Below are positions 1-8,459 of a stretch of 43,920 bases of DNA, one piece after another; position 1 is the stretch's first letter; the number at the start of each line of letters is the position of its first letter. The stretch spans positions 1 through 43,920 of the IMG/VR virus record IMGVR_UViG_3300015201_000001; one strand, 5' to 3'. The notes under the pieces were generated by a model. That model saw only the letters and a list, made by a program, of their open reading frames with translations, did not search any database and was not told the DNA's origin. The stretch is from a virus. Lineage: Duplodnaviria; Caudoviricetes. The position numbers and the translations under genes are program-made.

Positions 1-123
1 ATCATGACTGCTCCTTGCTGGCCTTGAAGGCGGCCGTCCGCTCGTTGTGGGTGCGCTTGAGGTAGGCGCCCTTGGTGCCGATGCACCGTGCCACCGGCTT
101 AGCCCCGCACTTGGGGCAGGCGA
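1..123. repeat. Terminal direct repeat (left copy); most likely the assembly circularisation overlap
   Basis: 1-123 is identical to 43798-43920, and an ORF runs across the junction. Confidence 0.95.
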
Positions 124-196
124 CCCGCCGGGAGTCGTTGGGCTGGAGGAACGCCAGGCCCACCAGATGCCCCGCCCCGCCCTTCAGGGGCTTCAC
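2..196 (-). CDS. Small phage zinc-finger protein
   Basis: CPKC...C...H motif; GTG start overlaps the RusA stop (GTGA); its stop overlaps the ATG of the 43203-43802 gene across the junction. Confidence 0.7.
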   Translation of the reverse strand: MKPLKGGAGHLVGLAFLQPNDSRRVACPKCGAKPVARCIGTKGAYLKRTHNERTAAFKASKEQS

Positions 197-714
197 GGCA
201 GCAGCTCCAGGCCCTCGTACCAGGCCCAATAGACCGCGCCCTGGGCGGCCATCAGCTCCGCCTCGTCCACCTGCATGAGCAGGAGCTGCACACCGGCCTG
301 ATCCGCCCAGCGCTTCTCGCTCATGATCCGGACGATGAAGCGGTCATCCTTGATGACGCCGGAGCTGGTCAGAGCGTCCAGGATGTTGCGGTCCAGCTTG
401 TCCAGGTCCCCCACCGTCATGGCCGTGGGACGTGCCCCCTTGGGCAGGTCCTCGTCCTCGCGCCGGAAGAAATACACGGCGCGCAGCTCCAGCGGCTGGT
501 CCAGCTTCAGGTCCCGCCCGTAGGTCGCGCGGGCCATGCGCTGCACGTTGGCGGCCACCTTCTTGCGCCAGCTCCCGCTCTCCGCGACCTGCTCTTTCCA
601 GATCAGCTTGTGGTCCCGCCCACGGGAGCAGTACGCCTTCATGCTGCCCTTGGTGCGGGGGCGGCCTGGGACCCACGTCCGCAGCACCGTCGAGGGGATC
701 TCCATGTCCGTCAT
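193..714 (-). CDS. rusA: RusA-like Holliday junction resolvase
   Basis: PGRPRTKGS N-terminal motif and DLDKLDRNILDAL...GVIKDDRFIV catalytic Asp pattern; ATG at 714 follows AGGAG. Confidence 0.85.
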   Translation of the reverse strand: MTDMEIPSTVLRTWVPGRPRTKGSMKAYCSRGRDHKLIWKEQVAESGSWRKKVAANVQRMARATYGRDLKLDQPLELRAVYFFRREDEDLPKGARPTAMTVGDLDKLDRNILDALTSSGVIKDDRFIVRIMSEKRWADQAGVQLLLMQVDEAELMAAQGAVYWAWYEGLELLP

Positions 715-721
715 ACTCCTA

Positions 722-764
722 ACGATAGTGGAGGACCCCCGACCTGTCAACAGGTCGGGGGTCC
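722..764 (-). promoter_or_regulatory. SigA-type promoter whose -35 lies at the tip of a 14-bp perfect hairpin
   Basis: TTGACA (750-745), 17 nt, TATCGT (727-722); stem 733-746/751-764. Confidence 0.75.
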
Positions 765-772
765 GTGATCAG

Positions 773-1861
773 CTACTTGACGGGCGTCAGCACCGGCGCG
801 TAACCGGGGATGGGGTTGGCGGTCACCCGGTAGACCCGGCAGCCGTCCACCAGGACGATGCCACCGACCATGATGGCCTGCGGGCCGTTGATCGTGGTGT
901 CCCCCGCGTTCTTCCAGTCCAGCTCCCGCTCCCCGGCCTCCAGGAGCATCAGGGGCCGCTGGTGGAACACGTCCCCGTCCATGCAGGCGATGCGGACCCG
1001 GCGGCCCTCCAGGGCGCCCCACTCCGCGCCGACCGCGCCGAAGGTGTGGCGGCTGGCCCGCTCCATGACCTCCGCGCCCAGTGGCCGGAGCAGGACCTGG
1101 ATGCGGGGCTGGACCGCCAGCGGCTTGGCGTGCCTGGCGACCACGGCCGCCGCGTCCGCCTCGCTGGCGTCCGGCAGGCCCATGGCCTGGTCCACGTCCT
1201 CGCCCAGCAGCTCCTCCACCAGGGCCCGGCCCGGCTCACGCTGCGGCAGAGCCTGCTCCGGGCTGATGCAGCCATCGTGGTTATCGACGGTGCACATGCT
1301 GTGCATGACCTCGAATGCCCCGGCAGCCAGCTCAGCGTCCCGCTGAAGGACCTGGACGCCCGGACCCTTGGTCCAGTAGGGGTCAGCCTTCTCCGGCTCC
1401 ACAGGAGCCTCCAGGCGGGCCGTAGCGCGCTCTTCAGCGGCCACGCGCTCCAGGCGCTCCTGCTCCGCGTCCGCGTCATTGGCCTCGCACCAGGCGTCCA
1501 CGGCCGCGTTGCCGCTGGACAGCTCAGCCTTCTCGGCGCGCTCCGCGTCCTCCGCCAGCGCCTCGACCCGCGCCCGCTTGATGCCCGCCGCGTCCTCCGG
1601 CGCCAGGAACATGGTCTGGATGGGGGCGGCCTCGAAGCTGCCCTCCGTGGTCTCGATCTTGTACCAGCGCTGCGCCCGGCGGCCGTTGCTGGCGACCACG
1701 GCGGACTTGCCGGTGACCCGGGCGACCCGGACGGTCTCCCCGGTCTTGGTGTGGGAGCAGGTGATCGAGTAGCCGGAGCTGAAGTTGCTGTCCGTGTCGC
1801 GGACGATGATCCGGTCACCGATCTGGACCTTGCTGGCGTTGATCTTGCCCTGGGCGGTCAT
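773..1861 (-). CDS. Hypothetical protein
   Basis: 362-aa ORF with GGGAG RBS, its own upstream promoter and GC3-rich codons. Confidence 0.75.
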   Translation of the reverse strand: MTAQGKINASKVQIGDRIIVRDTDSNFSSGYSITCSHTKTGETVRVARVTGKSAVVASNGRRAQRWYKIETTEGSFEAAPIQTMFLAPEDAAGIKRARVEALAEDAERAEKAELSSGNAAVDAWCEANDADAEQERLERVAAEERATARLEAPVEPEKADPYWTKGPGVQVLQRDAELAAGAFEVMHSMCTVDNHDGCISPEQALPQREPGRALVEELLGEDVDQAMGLPDASEADAAAVVARHAKPLAVQPRIQVLLRPLGAEVMERASRHTFGAVGAEWGALEGRRVRIACMDGDVFHQRPLMLLEAGERELDWKNAGDTTINGPQAIMVGGIVLVDGCRVYRVTANPIPGYAPVLTPVK

Positions 1862-1908
1862 GTCGTTCTCCCTTGCCTCCGGGGCGGCTTGTCCGCCTCA
1901 CATGAATG

Positions 1909-1941
1909 ACACTACCCGGCGCCCGTTGGTCTGTCAACAGC
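1909..1941 (-). promoter_or_regulatory. SigA-type promoter with palindromic operator
   Basis: TTGACA-17-TAGTGT; GCTGTTGA-CAGA-CCAACGGG. Confidence 0.75.
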
Positions 1942-2017
1942 TCTCCCGGATTGATCCGACCGGGTCCGGGGTGGGCCTCCCAGGCGCCTGACGGGGGTGA
2001 CTTCATCGAATCCCCCG

Positions 2018-2218
2018 GGGCGTCAGTGCAGCACCGTCTCTCCTAAGAGAGAGAGACGGCTGCACTCACGGTTACGCCAGCAGTGCATTGACGCTGCACT
2101 GACACTGCATTATCCCTGGTCAGCCTATGCACGTACGGTGCACTGACACTGCACTGACGGGGTGCATTATCGGGTGCATTCACGACCCCGTGAATGCACC
2201 GTCAATGCACCCCGTCAA
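2018..2218. repeat. Phased TGCAYTGAC repeat array plus hairpin (copy 1); candidate replication origin or transfer locus
   Basis: TGCA-core repeats at 2061, 2084, 2095, 2106, 2128, 2139, 2150, 2163 and 2175, plus inverted copies; directly downstream of the primase gene. Confidence 0.85.
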
Positions 2219-2219
2219 A

Positions 2220-4487
2220 CTAGGACGATTCGGACTGCTGCCGGAGGCCCTGGAGGGCAGCCTGATTGATGATCCACCGCTCCCCGGAGGGGCGCATCAT
2301 GACGGGCTCCCCGGCCACCTCAAGGCCCTGGAGGGCCGTCCAATGCCCGTCCCACGTCTGGGTGCTCAGCTCCCCGGCCTTGCGCCCGATCTTGCCCCCG
2401 TACCAGCGCTCCGCCACGGCCTTGCGGACCTGGGTCTCCGTCCGGCCAGCCTCGCCAGCCAGGTCCAGCAGGGCCTGGAGGATCTGCCGTTTCACGTTGC
2501 TCTTGGGGTTGTCCACCAGGGCCCACGTCCAGCTCTGCGGCTCCTGGACGGTGACCTCCTGGCCGGGCTCCACCGGCGCGTTGGGCTGCGCCTTGAAGGG
2601 GTCCATCGGCTCGATGGCCAGGCTGGTCAGCGTCCGGCCCTTGGAGTCGGTGCCCACCTCGATGACCTTGAGTTGGACTTCCCAGCCCTGGGCCTCGCTG
2701 CCGTCCTTCTGCTTATCGATCTTGAGGCTGGCCGTGAGCTGCTGGCGGGCCTCGCGTGCCGTGGGCCTGTCCACCCGCAGCTCCGTGTCCTGGGCTCCGT
2801 CGATGGCGGAGCTGCCCCGGGCGTTCTCACCGGCACGGCCGGTGTGGTGCACCACCAGCACGCAGGCGCCGGTGTGCTCCTTGAGCAGGCGCACGGCCTC
2901 GATGAGCGTCCCGGCCTCGCTGGCGTCATTCTCATTGAGGCCCAGCGTGATCCGGGCCTGGGTGTCCAGGATGATCAGCTTCGGCTGGAGCCTGACGCAG
3001 GCGCCCACCAGGGTCATCCACTCCACCCCCGGCTTGCCGGTGTGCTTCGTGTCCTCGCCCTTGACCTGGACGGGCTCCGGCAGGAAGTGGACGCCGGACA
3101 GCCGGTGGCCGTACACGGTCTCCCAGGCCCGGACCCGCCCAGGGATGCCCTTCTTTCCCTCCGCGACCACGTAGACCACCTCGCCCTGGGTGACCTCGCA
3201 CCCGCGCCACGGCAGGCCCAGGGCCACGTGACAGGCCCAGTCCAGGGCAAAGAAGCTCTTGAAGCCGCCAGGCGCGCCGATGACCCAGGACTCTGACTCC
3301 AGGTCCAGCAGGCCCTCAATGAGCGGGGTGGGGGGCTGGATATCGTCCAGCGCGTCCCGGGTCAGCATCCTGGACAGGAGCTGGTCCACCAGGGACATGG
3401 CCTCGTCCCGGTTGACCGGGGCGGGGACAGCTCCGCCGGTGGACCCGGCGGGCAGGAACAGGCCCGGGTCGAAGGTGACCCCCGCGTGCGGGTCCGGCGG
3501 CAGCGCGCGGCCCTGTCCCAGGACACGGGCGCGGGCGCTCTCCCAGGTCGCGCTGAACTCCTGCGGGTCCTGGCCTCCGCCCATGGTGTGCGAGTCCTTC
3601 CGGGCCAGCCGCGCCCGCTCCAGCCGCTTCCAGACGTCCGCCACCGTGACGGTGTTCCAGGGGGACTGCGCTATCTCGATCATGTTCGCTGCGGTAGTGA
3701 AGAGGGCCTGGTTACCGGTGCCGGGAGCTGCCTCCAGGTACTCGCGCTCCTCCTGGTCCAGGACCCGCTCCGCGTACCGCTGGACCCGCTCCGCCGTCCT
3801 GGCGTCCAGGTCCGCCGTCATCGGCAGGTCCTCGATCACGGGGGACTCCGTGGCGGGCATGGTGTCCACCGTCGCCTGCAACAGCTCCAGCAGCCAGCCG
3901 GGGGCGTCCGCCGGGTCGGACTCGTCCACCACGCAGTAGACGCCCTTGCCGGACACGGACGGCGCGGCCACCACCTGGCCGCCCTCACCCCGGATGTCCA
4001 GGCCGGGACCGTAGGTCTGGACCAGCAGCCGGTTGGCGCCGTTGGTGACCCGGAAGGCCCGGGGCAGCTTGAAGTAGTAGTGCCAGCCCTTGGACCCGGT
4101 CATGACCGCGTACGTGTCCGGCAGGGGGCCGTTGGCCTGGAGCATCTTGGCCCAGGACTCCGCGCCCCCGTTGTCCGGGTCCACGTCCAGGACGAAGATG
4201 CCGGAGGCGCTGCCGGTGCGGATGCCGATGTTGGCCAGGGGGGTCTCTTCACCCCAGATGCTGAAGGCGTCCGCCAGGCTCATGGCCGGGCCGCCCTGCC
4301 AGCCCTTGCTGATGGGGTGCTTGCCCACGGACTTGCCGCCCGGCTGGTGGTCCGCGTCGGTGGCTGCGAAGCGGCAGGAGCAGGAGCCGTCCGCCTGGGC
4401 GTGGTGCAGGGGGATGAGAGCCCAGCGGCGGTCCCTGATGTAGTGGACCGCCGCGTCGTACCGGGCTGATGTGCTAACGTCTTGCAC
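2220..4487 (-). CDS. Bifunctional DNA primase/polymerase (Prim-Pol) fused to an AAA/RecA-type helicase
   Basis: CSC..GKHP, NIGIRTG, VLDVD, TGSKGWHYYF and GLDIRGEGGQVVAAPS motifs; Walker A GAPGGFKS, Walker B IILDT, VVHH...ARGSSA; GGAGG RBS. Confidence 0.92.
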   Translation of the reverse strand: MQDVSTSARYDAAVHYIRDRRWALIPLHHAQADGSCSCRFAATDADHQPGGKSVGKHPISKGWQGGPAMSLADAFSIWGEETPLANIGIRTGSASGIFVLDVDPDNGGAESWAKMLQANGPLPDTYAVMTGSKGWHYYFKLPRAFRVTNGANRLLVQTYGPGLDIRGEGGQVVAAPSVSGKGVYCVVDESDPADAPGWLLELLQATVDTMPATESPVIEDLPMTADLDARTAERVQRYAERVLDQEEREYLEAAPGTGNQALFTTAANMIEIAQSPWNTVTVADVWKRLERARLARKDSHTMGGGQDPQEFSATWESARARVLGQGRALPPDPHAGVTFDPGLFLPAGSTGGAVPAPVNRDEAMSLVDQLLSRMLTRDALDDIQPPTPLIEGLLDLESESWVIGAPGGFKSFFALDWACHVALGLPWRGCEVTQGEVVYVVAEGKKGIPGRVRAWETVYGHRLSGVHFLPEPVQVKGEDTKHTGKPGVEWMTLVGACVRLQPKLIILDTQARITLGLNENDASEAGTLIEAVRLLKEHTGACVLVVHHTGRAGENARGSSAIDGAQDTELRVDRPTAREARQQLTASLKIDKQKDGSEAQGWEVQLKVIEVGTDSKGRTLTSLAIEPMDPFKAQPNAPVEPGQEVTVQEPQSWTWALVDNPKSNVKRQILQALLDLAGEAGRTETQVRKAVAERWYGGKIGRKAGELSTQTWDGHWTALQGLEVAGEPVMMRPSGERWIINQAALQGLRQQSESS

Positions 4488-4511
4488 AGAGACCTCCGTT
4501 TATGCGTCACT

Positions 4512-4540
4512 CAGCCCGTCGGTTGCGGCCCGGCGGGCTG
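4512..4540. terminator. Hairpin, possible terminator
   Basis: CAGCCCGTCGG-loop-CCGGCGGGCTG followed by TTTG on +. Confidence 0.45.
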
Positions 4541-4572
4541 TTTGCTGTGCTGGGCCCCTCAGCCTAGCCCTG

Positions 4573-4836
4573 TTAGAGCTGGGACGAGGCCCGAAGCGCG
4601 GCCTTGGTCCGGCGGCCGTTGGCCACGTCCTGAACGACTTCCGGCAGGCCCTTGTCCGCGTACCGCTTCTCCAGCCGCGCGAGGCCCGGGGCCAGCGCCT
4701 GGCGCAGGACGTCGGCCCGGCTGACCGCGCTGCCGTCCGCCTTCATCAGGCGCTCCAGGGCGGCCACCAGGTCACCGTTGCCTTCCGTCTCCAGGATCAC
4801 GAGCTGCGCCGTGTACTTGGGAACCATGCCAGCCAT
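4573..4836 (-). CDS. Small ribbon-helix-helix-like DNA-binding protein (candidate repressor)
   Basis: 87 aa; N-terminal strand then helices with SRADVLRQAL; first gene after the leftward promoter; fold is inferred. Confidence 0.6.
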   Translation of the reverse strand: MAGMVPKYTAQLVILETEGNGDLVAALERLMKADGSAVSRADVLRQALAPGLARLEKRYADKGLPEVVQDVANGRRTKAALRASSQL

Positions 4837-4873
4837 TGTTCTCTCCCCCTCCAGGGTCCGTGTGCTGGTGATC

Positions 4874-4920
4874 AGAGTACACATCACCTGTTGACCCGTC
4901 AATGTGGGGTGGTGTACCGT
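4874..4920. promoter_or_regulatory. Overlapping divergent promoters
   Basis: + TTGACC(4891)-18-TACCGT(4915); - TTGACG(4902)-17-TACTCT(4879); core palindrome TTGAC-CC-GTCAA. Confidence 0.8.
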
Positions 4921-4947
4921 TGGCGCATCAACCACAAGGAGGACCGC

Positions 4948-5301
4948 ATGGAGCAGGAGAGCAGCCACGTGCCGCCGGTGCGACTGACGCTGAAGCACGA
5001 CCCCCGCCGGGAAGTGATCTTCAATTACGAGGTGGACGGCGCCCCGGATGATCACGACCCGTACAACAAGAAGCGGACCTTTCGCCCCCGCAACCTGACC
5101 GTGGTCATCACCAACGGTGGCGAGATTGCCACGGTGGAGTCCAGCGGCCTCCAGGTCCTGAAGGGCGGCAAGCTGGGCGCCAACCGCATCCGCCAGCACT
5201 GGTTCCGGCCCACGGAGGCCCATCGGGACAAGATGCCGGAGTGGGTGCGCGACGCGGCCCAGGAGTGCGCGTCTGAGGCGTTCCACATGGGGTGGGTCTG
5301 A
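4948..5301 (+). CDS. Hypothetical protein
   Basis: AAGGAGG RBS, 117 aa, first gene after the rightward promoter. Confidence 0.8.
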   Translation: MEQESSHVPPVRLTLKHDPRREVIFNYEVDGAPDDHDPYNKKRTFRPRNLTVVITNGGEIATVESSGLQVLKGGKLGANRIRQHWFRPTEAHRDKMPEWVRDAAQECASEAFHMGWV

Positions 5302-5834
5302 TGGCACAGGACCTCTCGACCATGATCGCTGAGGCACTGGCGGACGTCCTCCGGGGCGGCTGGGCGCGGTACCTGGAGCTGGAGGACGGCACCCAGGTAC
5401 GGACCGCCTGGCACCAGGAGGGGGACCTGCGCTGGCTGCACGTGGAGAACACGGAGACCGGGCACGCGGTCAACCTGAACGTGACCGTGTCGGCTGAGGT
5501 CATCACCCAGTGGGAGGTCACCCCGGAGGAGGACGGCGCGCTGCGGGAAGAGCTGGCCGTGAACGGGCCGGAGGAGGACGGGCACTGGGGCATGGTGGCC
5601 GCCGGTGACCTCGTCCAGGGCGAGAATGGCGCCTGGTATGAGGTGCTGAAGACGGCCGTGGGCGGGGGCGGCAACATTGGGCTGGTCATGGTGACCCTGC
5701 TCATCGATGAGCCCCCGGGCCGGACGTATCCCTTCCAGCCCTCCACCCCCGTGCGCCTGCGGCGCGGGGCGGATGGCGCGGCCGTGCAGATGTTCGACCA
5801 AGCTGGGCTTGACCCGGAGGTGCTGAAGTCATGA
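5301..5834 (+). CDS. Hypothetical protein
   Basis: TGATG coupling to the previous gene; 177 aa. Confidence 0.75.
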   Translation: MAQDLSTMIAEALADVLRGGWARYLELEDGTQVRTAWHQEGDLRWLHVENTETGHAVNLNVTVSAEVITQWEVTPEEDGALREELAVNGPEEDGHWGMVAAGDLVQGENGAWYEVLKTAVGGGGNIGLVMVTLLIDEPPGRTYPFQPSTPVRLRRGADGAAVQMFDQAGLDPEVLKS

Positions 5835-6178
5835 CCACCCCCTACGTCACCGAGGACTGGGGCACCAGCTTCCCCCGGCGCACCAGCCGGTGGGAGGTGT
5901 CGGTCAGCGGGGCGGACGCCTACGTGGAGGTAGCCCGCCCCAACGCTGCCCCCGGCCACCAGGTCAAGGTCTATCCGATCTGCCGGGTCGTGGTCACCTG
6001 GACCTGGGATGACCCCAACGCGGACGAGGCCCTGGACTCCTTCGTCACGCTGCACACGGCCACGCCGAGCATCACCCATCCGGCGCGGCCGGACGGCGGC
6101 AAGCTGTTCCTGGACCAGCTCCGGGAGACACCGGAGTGGCTGTCCAGCATCATCCAGCGGTCGATGCCCCGCATTTAA
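5831..6178 (+). CDS. Hypothetical protein
   Basis: ATGA overlap, GGAGG RBS, 115 aa. Confidence 0.75.
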   Translation: MTTPYVTEDWGTSFPRRTSRWEVSVSGADAYVEVARPNAAPGHQVKVYPICRVVVTWTWDDPNADEALDSFVTLHTATPSITHPARPDGGKLFLDQLRETPEWLSSIIQRSMPRI

Positions 6179-6210
6179 CCGTTGACCAACCAACAGGCGG
6201 CAGGTAGACT
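6178..6210 (+). promoter_or_regulatory. SigA-type promoter with palindromic operator
   Basis: TTGACC-17-TAGACT; ACCGTTGA-CCAA-CCAACAGG. Confidence 0.75.
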
Positions 6211-6249
6211 AAGGGTCCACCTGCCGCCTGACGTATGGGAGATCGCACG

Positions 6250-8145
6250 ATGACCGCACAGATGCTCCGCCTCCGGGACTACCAGGAGGACGGCAGCAAG
6301 GCCCTGGACCTCTCGCACGAGCGCGGAGTGCGCCGTCCCGCCATCGTGCTGCCCACGGGCGCGGGCAAGACGGTGGTCTTCGCCCACCGGGCGCTGGCCT
6401 ACCTGAGCCTGCCGGAGAACCTGGGCAAGCGGGTGCTGGTCCTGGCGCACACGGACGAGCTGGTCACGCAGGCGTACAAGAAGATCAAGGGCATCGCCCC
6501 GCACCTCCAGGTCGGCATCGTCAAGGCGGGCCTGAACCAGGTGCAGGCGCAGGTGGTGGTGGCCAGCGTCCAGACGCTGCGCAGCGCGAAGCGGCGGGCC
6601 GCCGTCCGCAAGGTCGGCCGGATCATCGTGGACGAGTGCCACCACGCCACCGCGCCGACCTACCTGGACATCCTGGAGCACTACGGCGCGATCGGCCCCG
6701 CGTGCGCACCCTGCCTGGAGGAGGGCACCGCAGCGAAGCGCGCGGCCTGCTCCCACCGTGGTCCGGCGCCGGAGGACGGTGCCGACGCCGAGGGCTTCAC
6801 CGCGACGCTGGCCAGGTCGGACAAAAGCAAGCTGTCCCAGGTCTGGGAAGAGGTCGCGTTCCGGCGGGACATCGCCTTCATGATCCGGCGCAAGTACCTG
6901 CTGGACGTCCGGGGCAAGCGCATCCAGGTCCCGGACTTCACCACCAAGGGCCTGAAGACCCAGGCCGGGGACTTCCAGGCGGAGGACCTGGCGGACGCCC
7001 TGGTGGACTCGCTGGCGCCGGAGAAGGTCGCGGAGGCGTACGTGGAGTACGCCAGCGACCGGTCCGGCCTGGTCTTCACCCCCAACGTGTCCAGCGCCTA
7101 CGTGTTCGCTGAGGCCCTGGTGGCGCACGGCATCAGCGCGGAGGTGGTCCACGGTGCGCTGCCCCAGGAGGAGCGGCGGCTGATCATCAAGCGGCTGGAG
7201 GCCGGGGACACCCAGGTCCTGGTCAACTGCATGGTGCTCACTGAGGGATTCGACTCGCCCCGCGTGTCCTGCGTGGTCATCGCTCGCCCGACCAAGTCCA
7301 GCCCGCTCTACCAGCAGATGGTGGGCCGGGGCCTGCGGCTGTTCGATGGTCAGACGGACTGCCTGGTCCTGGACGTCGTGGGCGCCAGCCGCCAGCACGG
7401 CCTGGCCAGCCTGGTGGACCTCAGCGAGCGGGAGGACAAGCCGGAGGACCTGGAGGACGGCCAGTCCCTGCTGGAGTTTGAGGACATGGCGGAGCTGCTG
7501 GAGCAGGACGAGGACGAGGAGCTGGGGGACGGCCAGGGGCTGGCGGACGAGTACTACGCCGGACCCGTCGAGGTGGTGGACTTTGACCCGCTGTCCCGTG
7601 ACTCGCACCGGGTCTGGCGGACCACGGCCAGCGGCGTGCACTACCTCCCGATGGGCATGACGTCCAGCAAGACGGGGGAGCAGGGCCTGTACTTCTTCCT
7701 GGTGGAGAGCTGGGCGCCGGACGCTGAGGCCGGGGAGCACAGCGTGGTCTGGTGCACCCAGGACGGCCGCAACGCTGGCACGAAGCTCCAGGAGGCGGGC
7801 CTCCCGGCGCGGCCGGTGGGTGCCACGGACCACCAGGGCCTGCCGGTGTCCCAGGCGATGGTCTGGGCGGAGCAGGAGGTGGAGGACCTGGCCATCCGGC
7901 AGGGCCTCGATCCTCACGAGACCTTCAGCAAGAAGGCCGCCCCGTGGCGCAAGCGCGAGGCCAGTGACAGGCAGCTCAACATGGCGCGGGGGATGGGCAT
8001 CGACGTCCCGGCGGCAGATGACCCGTTTGCGAAGCGCCCGAGGGCTGGTGAAGTGTCAGACCTGATTGATAATGTGAAGGCTGCACAGGTGATTGACCAA
8101 TGGGTCACGTTCCTGAAGGCACAGACCAAGGAGGCCACGGCATGA
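6250..8145 (+). CDS. Superfamily 2 DExH DNA helicase
   Basis: LRDYQ Q motif, PTGAGKT, DECHH, GFTAT, VLTEGFD, QMVGRGLR. Confidence 0.93.
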   Translation: MTAQMLRLRDYQEDGSKALDLSHERGVRRPAIVLPTGAGKTVVFAHRALAYLSLPENLGKRVLVLAHTDELVTQAYKKIKGIAPHLQVGIVKAGLNQVQAQVVVASVQTLRSAKRRAAVRKVGRIIVDECHHATAPTYLDILEHYGAIGPACAPCLEEGTAAKRAACSHRGPAPEDGADAEGFTATLARSDKSKLSQVWEEVAFRRDIAFMIRRKYLLDVRGKRIQVPDFTTKGLKTQAGDFQAEDLADALVDSLAPEKVAEAYVEYASDRSGLVFTPNVSSAYVFAEALVAHGISAEVVHGALPQEERRLIIKRLEAGDTQVLVNCMVLTEGFDSPRVSCVVIARPTKSSPLYQQMVGRGLRLFDGQTDCLVLDVVGASRQHGLASLVDLSEREDKPEDLEDGQSLLEFEDMAELLEQDEDEELGDGQGLADEYYAGPVEVVDFDPLSRDSHRVWRTTASGVHYLPMGMTSSKTGEQGLYFFLVESWAPDAEAGEHSVVWCTQDGRNAGTKLQEAGLPARPVGATDHQGLPVSQAMVWAEQEVEDLAIRQGLDPHETFSKKAAPWRKREASDRQLNMARGMGIDVPAADDPFAKRPRAGEVSDLIDNVKAAQVIDQWVTFLKAQTKEATA

Positions 8146-8459
8146 GAGTCACACTCCGGCACGTCGACAAGGTGACGGCACACCGGCGGGACGTCACCAC
8201 CTGGAAGGAGTCCTACCGCAAGGGCCTCCAGGAGGTGGTGGACGAGGCGCTGGCGACCCGCCCGGACGTCAAGCCGTTCACGTTCGCGGGGTACGAGGGG
8301 CGGCCGGTGTTCATTCACGGCTCCTGCGGAACGATCATCGATGTGGACCCGGCGCACGCGGGCATCGAGAACAGCACGTTTGAGCAGGTCCGCGCCGGGG
8401 AGTGCGACTGCGAGAACACCGGGCCGTGGTTCCGCGTCTACGTGGGGAAGCAGGCGTGA
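8142..8459 (+). CDS. Hypothetical protein (possible metal-binding)
   Basis: ATGA overlap, AAGGAGG RBS; HGSC...CDC. Confidence 0.75.
   Translation: MRVTLRHVDKVTAHRRDVTTWKESYRKGLQEVVDEALATRPDVKPFTFAGYEGRPVFIHGSCGTIIDVDPAHAGIENSTFEQVRAGECDCENTGPWFRVYVGKQA

Noticed and set aside
1-123. Biological terminal repeat defining virion DNA ends
   Set aside because: It falls inside coding sequence and is better explained as assembler overlap; real termini need read data.
2018-2218. CRISPR array
   Set aside because: Repeats are 9 bp with mostly 2-4-bp spacers; no cas operon. The Cas4-like nuclease is a common stand-alone phage gene.
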